From the NCBI RefSeq assembly GCF_009914755.1, contig NC_060948.1: a stretch of 64,000 nucleotides of DNA. One strand, 5' to 3'. A model generated the notes under the pieces. That model did not search any database. It was not told the DNA's origin and was given only the letters and a program-made list of their open reading frames with translations. Shown piece after piece: positions 45,938-58,417 of the stretch; position 1 is the stretch's first letter, and the number at the start of each line of letters is the position of its first letter. This stretch comes from the human T2T-CHM13v2.0 reference genome, Homo sapiens. The position numbers were made by a program, and so were the translations under genes.

Positions 45938-46104
45938 GTAAGATTTTTAAGCATCTACTCTTTTTTGGGTCAATTTTTATTTTATTGGCTAGCAATATTA
46001 CAATACACTAAAAGAGCATGAGGTACAAAACATAAACACGTTAGGAGAAATATTTACAACAAATTTGGGGAATTTTTTTTTACTTGAAGAAGTGTTTATT
46101 TTTA

Positions 46105-46325
46105 TAATTTCAGCTTTTATTTTAGATGCAGGGGGGAACACGTGCAGGTTTCTCACATGGGTATATTGTATGATGCTGAGGTTTGGGGCACAAATGATCC
46201 CATTACCCAGGTAGTGAGCATAGCATCCAATAGGTGGATTTTCAGCCCTTGCTACCCCTCCCTGTCTCCTCTAGTAGCCCCAAGTATCCATTTTTCCTAT
46301 CTTTATGTCCATGTGTACCCAATCT
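46105..46325 (-). mobile_element. Old L1PA 3' end fragment
   Basis: gtgcaggtttctcacatgggtatattgtatgatgctgaggtttgggg. Confidence 0.7.
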
Positions 46326-46769
46326 ACACTTCAACCAGAGTGTAGGAGAAAGTTACTGGAGTCTTACTTTAGGCACAACCAGAAACTCAGAAAATAAGGA
46401 ATTGGTAGGATGAGAGGAGTCATCTGAAATCTTAAATCTAAGCATGTTTCTTTGCAGGGACAGGAAGTGAGGAACTAGAATGGATGTGAGATTTTAATGG
46501 AGCCATGGAAATATCTAATAAGTCCTTTGGATGGAGAATAACCCAGGTTTGAAATATTCCATAAGAGAGACTCTCACTTTTTTCAGTTGGCTCCAATACA
46601 AATGCCTTCAACCACCATCTGAGGGCAGAGTGGATATGAGACGTGGTCTGTAAATCCCCCTTGCCCTTTTACCAGCTTGCAAAGGTAAACCCAGCTTGGT
46701 CAGAGATCAGGTTATAGTCTTCTAAGTGCTAATCAGGTGCTTCTTTGACTTGAACCTAGACCCAGGGTT

Positions 46770-47145
46770 ATGTTAATCAGCTTGGGCTGCCATGACAAAG
46801 TACCACTAACTGGGCAGTTTAAGTAGCAGATAGTTATTTTCTCACAATTGCAGATTTTGGAAGTCCAAGATCAAGGTGTTGGCAAGATTAGTTCCTTGTG
46901 AGGCCTCTCTCCTTGGTGTGTAGTTGCCGTCTTCTTCCTATGTCATACATGATCCAACTTCTGTTTGTCTGGATTCTAATGTCTTCTTATAAAGATACCA
47001 GTTCTATCAGATTAGAGACCATCCTATTGACCTCATTTAACCTTAATCACCTTGGTAAAGATCCTATCTCCAGTCATATTTTGAGTTCCTGGGGGATAGG
47101 ACTTTAATATATAAATTTGGGGGGACACATTTCAGCCCATAAAAA
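46770..47145 (-). mobile_element. MLT1A-like LTR
   Basis: gggctgccatgacaaagtaccac...gaagtccaagatcaaggtgttggca...ggggacacatttcagcccataa. Confidence 0.75.
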
Positions 47146-48601
47146 TGGTTTATACTTGGAATCCTGAGACAGACATTCAAAGAGCAGCTGGCTTCCTAAA
47201 TTGACCATCTGCTTTCTCTGAATGACAGAACAGTTTCTAGGTTACAGAAGAAAATAAAACCAGAGAATCACAACCTGGACAAAAGAGCATCTTTTTCTCC
47301 TTTCTCTTTCCTTCTCTCTCAACACAAATGTATCTTCAGCCCTGGATTCTGATCAGAGGATTGTGTGTATGTGTGTCTGTGTCTATGAGTGTTTTGCCTT
47401 CATTTCGATAATACAAAATGATTTATGCTGCTAGCACTTAGCTGTACTTTCTTTGTACTGCTTTATCTCCCAAATGTTGGAAGTTTTCCAGAGGTTCACA
47501 GAGACTCTGAGCCTAGGGCAATTGTTTACTTCTTTGATAAGCTTAGCACTTGAAGTCATAGGTTTTCATAATTTCATAATGAATTTTGCTGGAAGTGGAA
47601 AATGAGGGACACCATGGGTTATTTATTCCAAAAGGGTTATGTCCTTGAAGGAACCCATTCTCCTTCTGGGAATCCCATTTATATAAATCCTTAGGTTCCT
47701 TCACACCCTATGCCATTTCAGAGCATCTTTGAACTTTGCCCCTGCACCAGACATTCATGCACATTTTTCTTCTACATTTCCTGGAATCAGCTCTCAATGC
47801 TGGCTGCTCATTTGTTAGCTAGCTCTTGTTTTTAGACAAAAGCTATTTCTCTCAATGGATGGCCAAATGAGATTTGCTCACATCCAAAAGTGTTGTAATT
47901 GCATGTTGTGGAACTACATGGCATGGATTTATCATGCCTTTGTTTTCAGATAAACTAATCTCTTTTATTGAGGCATCAGAGAAAAATGGAAGGCACTTTA
48001 AAATTGCCCCAGGAGGTGTAAGAATAATTGGCAGGAGGTTTCAGTGGTCCTTCCCTTGCATCCAAAACCAAATGAAAGACAGGCACTCTTGTACCTCTGC
48101 GTCATAAAATGCCTCAGTGGGGAGGTGGGACTCCATAAGTGAGGGTCAGCAGGTTGGTGTCCATGACCATGCCCATGGTCACCTGTCATTCGGGAGGGCT
48201 CAACCACAAAGCTAGGTGGGATCTTAGCTGCATTGCCTGAAAAGTAGGGAGATTATATCAGCACTAAGCAATACCTGCTCTCTAAGACCTGGTGGGCTGG
48301 GCAGACTCAACGGGCTGCTGATCCTGGTTTTGGAGGGGACAGCTGTGGTCTTGGCTGCTTCTGTAAACACACCAGAGTAGTGACCTTTTATCAATGTCTG
48401 TTCTGTGTTGGAATAATCCATCCACTATGAAATTATTTTCATAGTGAGAGCAAGTAATTTTGCAGGTGTGTGACCACCAGATGCTTTGTCAGAGTATGAG
48501 TTCCCCTTGAGGATGGAAATGATGACGAGCTTGCAGGATTTGAAAGCTTCATCCAAAGGATGAACTCCAATATTAGAGAAAGTTATTAGTAAAACAGTTG
48601 G

Positions 48602-48810
48602 AGGCACTGGTCAGAATGAAGTGAATGGCACACAGGACAAGTCCAGACCCAGGAAGGTCCAGTAACATGGGAGAAGAACGGAAGGAGTTCTAAAATTCAG
48701 GGCTCCCTTGGGCTCCCCTGTTTAAAAATGTAGGTTTTATTATTATATTTCATTGTTAACAAAAGTCCATGAGATCTGTGGAGGATAAAGGGGGAGCTGT
48801 ATTTTCCATT
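48602..48810 (+). other. Y STS/SNP DYS271 (sY81, M2) amplicon; ancestral A at 48769
   Basis: Begins aggcactggtcagaatgaag and ends ggggagctgtattttccatt (M2 primer sites as remembered); 209 bp; position 168 is A (CATG intact). Confidence 0.85.
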
Positions 48811-49206
48811 AAAAAAAAAAAAAAAAAGAAAACAGTTTCCAGATTAGGTGGACCTAGCCTTCAGTGCAAGTAAAAAGTGCTCTCTGAAGAACAAAGGAAG
48901 TAGAGACAGTTCCTGCACTGGCTCCCAATCAAGTCCATTTACACAAATTAGGAATTCAAATATGTTTAGTTCTGACTGGTCAAAATAGTTGAGCCCCGAT
49001 TGGGTGATTTCCAAGCCCCAAACTGGAAGTCTCTGGCAAGTTGTTTGTCAAGAGATACTGCTCTGAGAACAAACAGCATTTGACAGCTGTTCTCTCCTCC
49101 TGCCACGGTTGCTTGGTTCTGTTTTGTAAATTTGCGGATCTCTATCAGTCACAGGGGTTCCATGTTATGAGAGCTTGAGGTCTCATTTACAGTTTCATTG
49201 CATGCC

Positions 49207-49700
49207 TGTATGGTTAGGCCAAGTGATCAGCAGATGACTGCCATTAAAAAGATAGTTTGTTACTCAGTTACCAGGACAGAGTAAAACACATCATGCAGGG
49301 CCACAGAGGGAAGCACCAGGTTTGGTTAGGAAGCAGAGAGATAGGAAGAAAGTGTGGGCAAGCACCTTTTTTTGTAGTTTCTATGGGAAGAAACAGGCGC
49401 GGCTTAGAATTGAGTATTTTGAAAAATGTCAGCAGGCTCTGGAGCACATGGGGCTGTCCCTAGTTGTATGTTACCTGACCCTGGGATAGTTAAGGCTAGA
49501 GGATAGTGACCTGGAATCAGACAGCCCAATAAAGGAGGTGGTTAGGGTGTGGTCTCTGGATTGATTGGTTTGCATATGCAAGCTGCACTCACAGGTGTGT
49601 AGTTTGCTATCTCTAGTGATTATCTAGCTTTGGGAGGGGTAGTTTCCCCAGGGTCAGCAAAACCCCAGATGACAGAGCATCAGAAACACACAATTAATAC
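49207..49700. mobile_element. ERVL-class LTR (MER76/77-like)
   Basis: catgcagggccacagagggaagcaccaggtttggttaggaagcagagag motif, TG...CA ends; family from memory. Confidence 0.5.
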
Positions 49701-49969
49701 AGAGCCTGATGATTGCAGTCTTAGGAGGTCAAACAGAGTGTGAAATATAGAGAGTATAGAGAGTGGAGAGAAATAAGGACCTATGTCCCATAACTCCACC
49801 CACTGGCTAGAGTGGTGAGAGGTCAGATGTCACTGAGAAGCCTGAATTCATGCTCAACTCAAGTGGGGAATGACCCCATCATGACCCCGACCCCATCAGT
49901 CTAACCAATCTACCTTATTTTCTTTTCTGTCTGTTTTCTTTTCTTTTTTTACTTCTCTCTCTCTTTCCT

Positions 49970-50252
<283 letters not shown>

Positions 50253-50559
50253 GTAATTTACCTTTCTTGTGGACTCAAGGGCCTCTCTGGGCAGGGGGGC
50301 TGGCCACTACAAGCCTGGGATGCCCATGCAACCAGCTAGCCCAAGGAGTTCAGGAGAATAGCATAAGCATGAATAAATAAGGGAGAGGCTGTGTCTCTAG
50401 TAATTGAGCTTGTGGAATCTTAGCTCACCTTGGAAGTGGCTAGGACTCATGCCTGCTTCCAGAATTCTCTATAAAACCCACATTTGCCCTCTTTTGCTTG
50501 AGAATGGCCTTGTTTCTGGGACTAGTATAAAAATGAAAAAGAAAAACAAAACATTATTT

Positions 50560-51335
50560 TTCTCTATCCTTTTTTTAAAGAGCATATTTATTTCATATGT
50601 GTGTGATGACAAAAAATCTACTCTCAACAATTTTCAAATATAAACTAAATTGTTATTAACTATAGTTGCCATGAGTATAACATCACTTAAGCATATTCCT
50701 CCTAACTGAACTTTACATTCTTTAATTAATAGCTTCCCCTTTCTCCTACCCCCAGTCCCTGGTAACCCCCATTCCACTATCTGTTTCTTCTTCTATGAGT
50801 TCAACTTTCTTCCATTGCACATATAAGTGAGATCATGCAGTATTTGTCTTTCTGTGCCTGGTTTATTTCACTTAACCTAATATCCTCCAGGTTCATTTAT
50901 GTTGTGGCAAATGACAGAATTTCCTTTAAAAAAAAAAGACATAATGGTATTTCATTGTGCATATATACTGCATTTTCTTTATCCATTCATTTATTGATGG
51001 ACACTTAGCTGAATTCTGAATCTTGGCTATTGTGAATAGCACTGTTATAAACACGGAAGTGCAGATGTCTCATAAACAAACTGACATCATTTCCTTTGGA
51101 TAAATACCCAGTAGTGGGATTGCTAGACCATAGGCAGCTCTATTGTTAGTTTTATGAGGAACCTCCATGCTGTTTTCCACAGTGGCTGTACCAATTTACA
51201 TTCTCACCAACAGTGTACGAGGGTGCCCATTTCTCCACATCTTCACCAGTGTCTGTTGTTTTTGGTCTTTTTGACAATAGCCATTCCAGCAGGCATGAGG
51301 TGATAGCTCAGTTTTACATTTCTTTAATGGTTAGG
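50560..51335 (-). mobile_element. L1MA-like 3' fragment
   Basis: atataagtgagatcatgcagtatttgtctttctgtgcctgg; atacccagtagtgggattgct. Confidence 0.8.
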
Positions 51336-51344
51336 ACAAAAACA

Positions 51345-51660
51345 ATCTGGGTGTGATGGCTCACATCTCTAATCCCAGCCCTCTGGGTAGCCAAGACAGA
51401 GAATCAATTGAGGCCAGACGTTCAAGAGCAGCCCGGGCAAAAAGTAAGACCATGTCTCTACAAAAAAAAAATAATAATAAAAAAAGAAAAAAAAATGGTT
51501 TTAATTATCCAGGACTGGTGGCCTGCACATGTAGTCCCAGCTACTTAGAAGGCTGAGTCCAGGAGGTTGAGACTGCAGTGGGCTATGATTGTACCTCTGC
51601 ACCCCCGCCTGGGAGACAGAGCAAAACCCTATCTCTAACAAATGAAATAAACATAAAAAA
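51345..51660 (+). mobile_element. Diverged AluJ
   Basis: Alu dimer with long A-rich linker. Confidence 0.75.
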
Positions 51661-51811
51661 ACTTTTAAAAACACTAAAACATTCTACCTTCTACACTTGC
51701 TTTTGCTGTCTGGGTGATAAAGTGGAGACTTAGATTAACTAATATTGCTCATTTGAGCATTATCAAGAAGGCACAGTTTATGCCAAAGCTTACTATGTTA
51801 ATTTTCTCCAG

Positions 51812-52797
51812 GAGTTCTTATGACTCCGAATACCAGGATACAACGGTTTGAGGTTCTCAAGAACGGTACCTTAGTGATAAGGAAGTTTCAAGTGCAAGAT
51901 CGAGGCCAGTATATGTGCACCGCCAGCAACCTGTACGGCCTGGACAGGATGGTGGTCTTTCTCTGGGTCACCGTGCAGCAACCTCAAATCCTAGCCTCCC
52001 ACTACCAGGACGTCACCGTCTACCTGGGAGACACCATTACAATGGAGTGTCTGGCGAAAGGGACCCCAGCCCCCCAAATTTCCTGGATCTTCCGTGACAG
52101 GAGGGTGTGGCAAACTCTGTCCTCCGTGGAGGGCCGGATCACCCTGCACCAAAACCGGACCCTTTCCATCAAGGAGGCGTCCTTCTCAGACAGAGGCGTC
52201 TATAAGTGCGTGGCCAGCAACGCAACCCGGGCGGACAGCGTGTCCATCCGCCTACACGTGGCGGCACTGCCCCCCATTATCCACCAGGAGAAGCTGTAGA
52301 ACATCTCGCTGCCCCCGGGGCTCAGCATTCACATTCACTGCACTGCCAAAGCTGCGCCCCTGCCCAGCGTGCTCTGGGTGCTCGGGGATGGTACCCAAAT
52401 CCGCCCCTCGCATTTCCTCCACCGGAACTTGTTTGTTTTCCCCAACGGGACGCTCTACATCTGCAACCTCGCGCCCAAGGACAGCGGGCGCTATGAGTGC
52501 GTGGCCGCCAACCTGATCGGCTCCGCGCGCAGTACGGTGCAGCTGAACGTGCAGCGCGCAGCAGCGAACGTGCAGCGCGCAGCAGCGAACGTGCAGCGCG
52601 CAGCAGCGAACGTGCAGCGCGCAGCAGCGAACGTGCAGCGCGCTGCGCGCCAACGCGCGCATCACGGGCACCTCCTCGCAGAGGACGGACGTCAGGTACG
52701 GAGGGACCCTCAAGCTGGACTGCAGCGCCTCGGGGGATCCCTGGCCGCGCATCCTCTGGAGGCTGCCGTCCAAGAGGACGATCGACGCGCTTTTCAG
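51812..52797 (+). pseudogene. MXRA5Y: MXRA5Y exon 6 (Ig domains); nonsense TAG 52297-52299, 21-bp expansion, +1 frameshift at ~52650
   Basis: Acceptor ttctccag|GAGTTC; MTPNTRIQRFEVLKNGTL...; downstream frame ARITGTS...IDALF; donor AG|gtaggc. Confidence 0.95.
52546..52651 (+). repeat. 21-bp tandem repeat AACGTGCAGCGCGCAGCAGCG x4 plus a 22-bp variant
   Basis: Units start at 52546, 52567, 52588, 52609 and 52630; encodes (NVQRAAA)n. Confidence 0.95.
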
Positions 52798-52921
52798 GTA
52801 GGCAGCTCCGCGTGGCTTCCGGTAAATCGCTGGGCTGGTGGCCCCAACGAATATAAGTCCTTGTTCAGGATGAATATGCACACACATTGGTCCCTGCGTG
52901 CGATAAAATTAAATGAAATTA

Positions 52922-53215
<294 letters not shown>

Positions 53216-53229
53216 AGTTAATTAATTAA

Positions 53230-53423
53230 GTTGAGACAGGGTGTTGCTCTGTCACCCAGACTGCAGTGCAGTGGTGCGATCATACCTCACTGCAGCCTCA
53301 AACTCCTGGGCTGAAGCGATCCCCTGAGTAGCTGGGATTACAGGTGTGCACCATGAGGCACGACTCTTCTTCTTCTTCTTCCTCTTCTCCTTCTTCTTCT
53401 TCCTCTTCTTCTTCTTTTCTTCT

Positions 53424-53459
<36 letters not shown>

Positions 53460-53845
53460 TTCTCCTTCTTCTTCTTCCTTTCTTCTTCCTCTTCTTCTTC
53501 TTTTCTTTCTTTCTTTTTCTTTCTTCTTCTTTCTTCTTCTTCCTCTTCTTTCTTCTTCTTTTCTTCTTTCTTCTTCTTCTCCTTCTTCTTCTTCTTCTTC
53601 TTCTTCTTCTTCTTCTTCTTCTTCTTCTTCTTCTTCTTCTTTCTTCTCTCTTCCTCTTCCTATTCTTCTTCTTCTTTCTTCCTCTTCCTCCTCTTCCTCT
53701 TCCTCTTCTTCTTCTTTCTTCAATTTATGTAGAGATGGGATCTGCTATGTTGCCAAGTATGATCTTGAACACTTAACCTCAAGCAGTCCTCCTGCCCTGA
53801 CCTACCAAAGTGCTGAGATGACAGGCTTGAGCCACCGCGCCTGAC
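53230..53845 (-). mobile_element. AluJ whose central linker is replaced by a ~355-bp CTT-rich tract (53365-53720)
   Basis: Right arm 53230-53362, left arm 53725-53845; pure (CTT)20 at 53582-53641. Confidence 0.85.
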
Positions 53846-54259
53846 CCTGTGTGTGATTTTTATGCAATGACATTTTGTATCTCTAAACTTGGATCTACAA
53901 CGAATGCTTAACTTCCTCTTAACAAATACTTAACTTCCTCCTCTCTTGTCCCATTCAAAAAAAAAAAAAAAGGAAAAAAATAAATCAAGAAACTGTTGTT
54001 TTAATGATTATATGTTTAACTATAATGTTAGGGCAAACAATTCAGCTTGCTTCTATTTCCATTGTAGATTTCAACAATATACATAGATGTGTTAGGCTTT
54101 ATTTTAATATGGCATTATTGGTACAATCAAAGTGTACACATTGTTTTAAAAGCATCATTACCACACCAACATAGTGCACTTGAAATGATACAAATGTACT
54201 TGGGCTATGAAGAAAGCCACCTTCTAATCAAGTACCATCAGTTCCCAGATATACAGGTT

Positions 54260-54514
54260 TATGGCAGTGCTTTTCAACCAAGGGTGATTTTGCCCCAGGA
54301 CAACCCTTGGCAACATCCGAAGACACCTTTGATTATCACAAATGGGGCGGTGGGTGCTTCTGGTATCTGGTGGGTGGAGCCCAGGGACAGTGCTCAACAC
54401 CTTGCAGTGCACAGGATGGCCCATCACAGATAGTCATCCATCCTACCTTCAATGTCCATAGTGCCGAGGTCAAGTTACTCTGTCTTAGCAGGAAAGATTC
54501 TATCTATCTATCTG

Positions 54515-54550
<36 letters not shown>

Positions 54551-54590
54551 ATCTATAATCTATCCATCCTTCTACCTATTTCATCTATCT

Positions 54591-54632
<42 letters not shown>

Positions 54633-55017
54633 ATCTCTCTGTCTATCCATCCATTATCTATGGCAGTCGTTTGCAACCAGGCATCAGGTGTTCCTTAGTC
54701 CCTAGGGGACACTTGGTGATGTATGGAGACATTTTTGGTCATCATGACTCTGGGGTGGAGGGTGTGCTTCTGGTATCTGGTTGCTGCAGCCCTGGGATCC
54801 TGCTCAACATCCTACAGTGCACAAGACACCCCACCACAGATTAGCATTCATCTTGCCTTAAATGTTAATACTGCTGAGGTCAAGTAACCCTGTCTTAGCA
54901 TGTAAGATTTTGTCTGTCCATTTAGCTATCTATTTATCCATTCATTCATTCCTGTATACCTAACCTATCATCCATCCTTATCTCTTGTGTATCTATTCAT
55001 TCAATCATACACCCATA

Positions 55018-55072
<55 letters not shown>

Positions 55073-55780
55073 GCCTATCTGCCTGCCTACCTATCCCTCT
55101 ATGGCAATTGCTTGCAACCAGGGAGATTTTATTCCCAGGAGATATTTGGCTATGTCTGACAACAATTTTTTTGGTTGTCACAAATGGGATGAATGTTACT
55201 GGCATCTGGTGGGTGGAGCCCAGAGATGCTGCTCAACACCCTACAGTGCACAAGACAGACCCACCACAAAGAATCCTCCATACAGCCTTAAATGTCCCTA
55301 GTACTGAAGCCAAGAAACCCTATCTTAGTATGAAAATGTTGGTCTATCTGTCTATATACCTGCTTATCTATCCATCCATTTCTATCTACCTAACCTATCC
55401 ATCCATCCATTCTAATGTCTTATGTATCCATCTATTCATCCATCCACCCATCTCTCCATCCATTTATCCATCCATCCATCGATATGTATGTATGTATGTA
55501 TGTATGTATCTTTCTATCTATCTATCTATCTAGTCTGTCTACTGATCTAGCTAGCTAGCTAGCTATGGTAGTTGTTTGCAACCAAGGAGATTTTACTCCC
55601 AGGAGACATTTGGCTGTGTCTGGAAACATTTTTTGGTTGTCACAGATGGGATGGATACTGCTGGCATCTGGTGGATGGAGTCCAGGGACATTGCTCAACA
55701 CCCTACAGTTCATAGGTTGGCCCCATCACAGAGAATCATCTAGGCTCAAATGTCACTAGTGCCAAGGTTGAGAAACCCTG
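54260..55780 (+). repeat. Tandem array of four MER20 copies separated by (TCTA)-rich tracts
   Basis: MER20 units start at ~54264, 54663, 55104 and 55568, all in the same orientation. Confidence 0.85.
55030..55069 (+). repeat. Y-STR DYS391, allele [TCTA]10
   Basis: Primer sites ctattcattcaatcatacaccca (54993) and cagacccaccacaaagaatc (ends 55275), 283-bp amplicon; [TCTG]3[TCTA]10. Confidence 0.9.
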
Positions 55781-56434
55781 AGCTAGATTCAAAAAAGGGC
55801 TAATATCTCTTTAATAAGTGTGTCAAAAAATAGAGGACACTGACAGTAGAGTAAAGGTAAAATGGAGTCCAACTCAGTTCACGCTGCTATGGTGGAGAAT
55901 CCCTGGATTGTGCTGTCTTCGGCATTCAGCAGCTCAAGCAGGAAAGCCTCTCACCATGGTGAGAGCAAAATCAGTGTCCAAGGGTTTCTTCTGCACATTT
56001 GTATCTGCCCTTCTAGGACTCTTTGCAGTTCAGGAAAAGGGCTGAGATGCCTTTCCCCTGCCTGTATTTTATACTTTAGATGGCTGGGTGGTGCTCTGAA
56101 GAGCTTGCACAATCAGTCCAGAAGAATCATGTACCAAATATACCCAGGAATGCCTTCCAGCTTAGCAGATGTGCTGCCACTAAGAAAACTGTTTTCCATT
56201 GAATTTGGCATGGTGGAGGCAATTTTGAATGGATAACAGTACAAGAATGCAGTTCCACTAGGATTTTTGAGTCATTCTATTAATATCTCCATATAAATCC
56301 TAAATAAATTATAAACTGTTATTTATGTTACTTTATTCTTTGTAAATTCTGACTATATTCTTAGTAAAGTGTAATTGAACAAATCATGTGCATTTTGTCA
56401 GAGCAGGCTCTTCCCTGCCTACATGTTGGGATTA

Positions 56435-56758
<324 letters not shown>

Positions 56759-57146
56759 TCAGAGCTTTGTTTCTTGAAGTCAAATCCCTCACAATGCATA
56801 GACATCTGTGGCTTTCAGATTTGCTCAGTTGATTTATTCTGATGAAAACTGGATTAGGGGTCACTGTTACGGAAGCCATAGAACGTTTACATACACATGC
56901 TACCATAATCATTTTTGGATTCAAACTCCAAGACACATTAAAATGTGCTTGCCTGCCCCACAGCTATTAAATTCCTTACTGAGTTACATTGACTTCATTC
57001 TCACTCATAACCCACAAAACAGTATATTTTGTCATTGTTAATTGTTGCTTTTATTACAATGATTAGGTTGAATGTAAGCACAAGCAGGCTCATTTTTGTT
57101 AAGATCTATGACATTGTCTTAGACATGTCATTAGAAAAATGGAATG

Positions 57147-57500
57147 TTGCCACATGTGGTGGCACATGCCTGTATTCCCAGCACTTTGGGAGATGAGCAG
57201 AAGGATCACTTAAGTCCAGGAGTTCAAAACCAGCCCAGACAACATAGCAAAATCCTGTCTCTACAAAAAAACAAAAACAAAAAAGCAAAAAACAAACAAA
57301 CAAACAAACAAACAAACAAAAAAACACCTCCAGCCAGGCATAGGCATATTGGTATATGGTTATAGTCCAAACTACTCAGGAGGCTGAGATAATAGGGTCC
57401 CTTGAGTCCAGGAGATCAAGACTACAGTTAGCTATGATTGCACCACTGCACTCCACCCTGGATGACAAAGCAAGATCCCAATTCTTCAGAAAAAAAAGAA
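57147..57500 (+). mobile_element. AluJ with (AAAC)n linker
   Basis: Diverged dimer. Confidence 0.8.
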
Positions 57501-58417
57501 AGTGTGGCATTTAGGAAATATTAAGGCTCCCATTACAATGTATGTGTCATGGAGGATTCAACAGGGACAATTTTAAAAGTGAGAACTTTCTCAATCTTTT
57601 CACTGGATTATCCAACATGCTAGTTCTGAATAACTAAAGGATACTTCAGTATTTATGAAACTGTTACATATATAATGAAGATTTTCCTATCATCCTTTCT
57701 AGGTTGCCTCTATTAAACTGTTTGTAATTATTAACTCAGCAGTGCTTAGACTTCATGGGGAAGAATGGTACACCAGCCTTGGGGTCTTAGCTAGTGAGTG
57801 TTATTCAGCTTTAATTACAAATTCTAGAAAACCCGTTACACCAATATTGCCAACTTCTGAAGAGCCCAATTTTAGCCTTGGAACTCTGGGCATAACCATA
57901 ATTACATGACCTTAGAGTTGCTTTTTCTGACTCTTGCCCAAAACTGGGATACAACAGCTTAAAAAAAAAATTGCCAAAAGTAGAAACAGTGTCTAAAGCA
58001 TTTTCTCCAGGAAGAAATTAACATCTTTATTAGGCTGACTCAGATTCATCACCATCTCCATGACTGCAGCATTTTATCTGATTTTGTTTTTACATTGACC
58101 TCTGCAATGACTACCATGCAAATACTTGATCCAGACACACTTGCAGGAATAGGACTGACATCTTTGACTACATTTCATGTCCTTGAACCCATGGTCAGGC
58201 CAACCTAACATCAGATTTAACAGGGAGTTGTTATTTGCAGTCAATCACTTTCCACAATCTTCTCCAGGCTGTAAAAACCATTGGGCATTTTGCAATAGCA
58301 GCCACGTGGGCTGATGCATCACAGAAATACCTATTTTTTGTGTTATTCCAGTGACATAACGCCATGGTAGAGTATTTGGGAAACTGACATCTTAATTGTT
58401 TTTCTTTTTTTCTGTAG

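Noticed and set aside
42267-45995. Antisense ORFs over exon 5
   Set aside because: Shadow ORFs of the MXRA5 coding frame with no independent signal
47965-49200. Possible LTR/ERV remnants around sY81
   Set aside because: Look repeat-derived, but I could not assign a family or boundaries reliably
53298-53844. Poly-Glu, poly-Ser and poly-Phe ORFs
   Set aside because: Translations of the CTT/GAA tract inside an Alu
54260-55780. CRISPR-like repeat-spacer array
   Set aside because: Repeats are ~220-bp MER20 copies, spacers are microsatellites, there are no cas genes and the DNA is human
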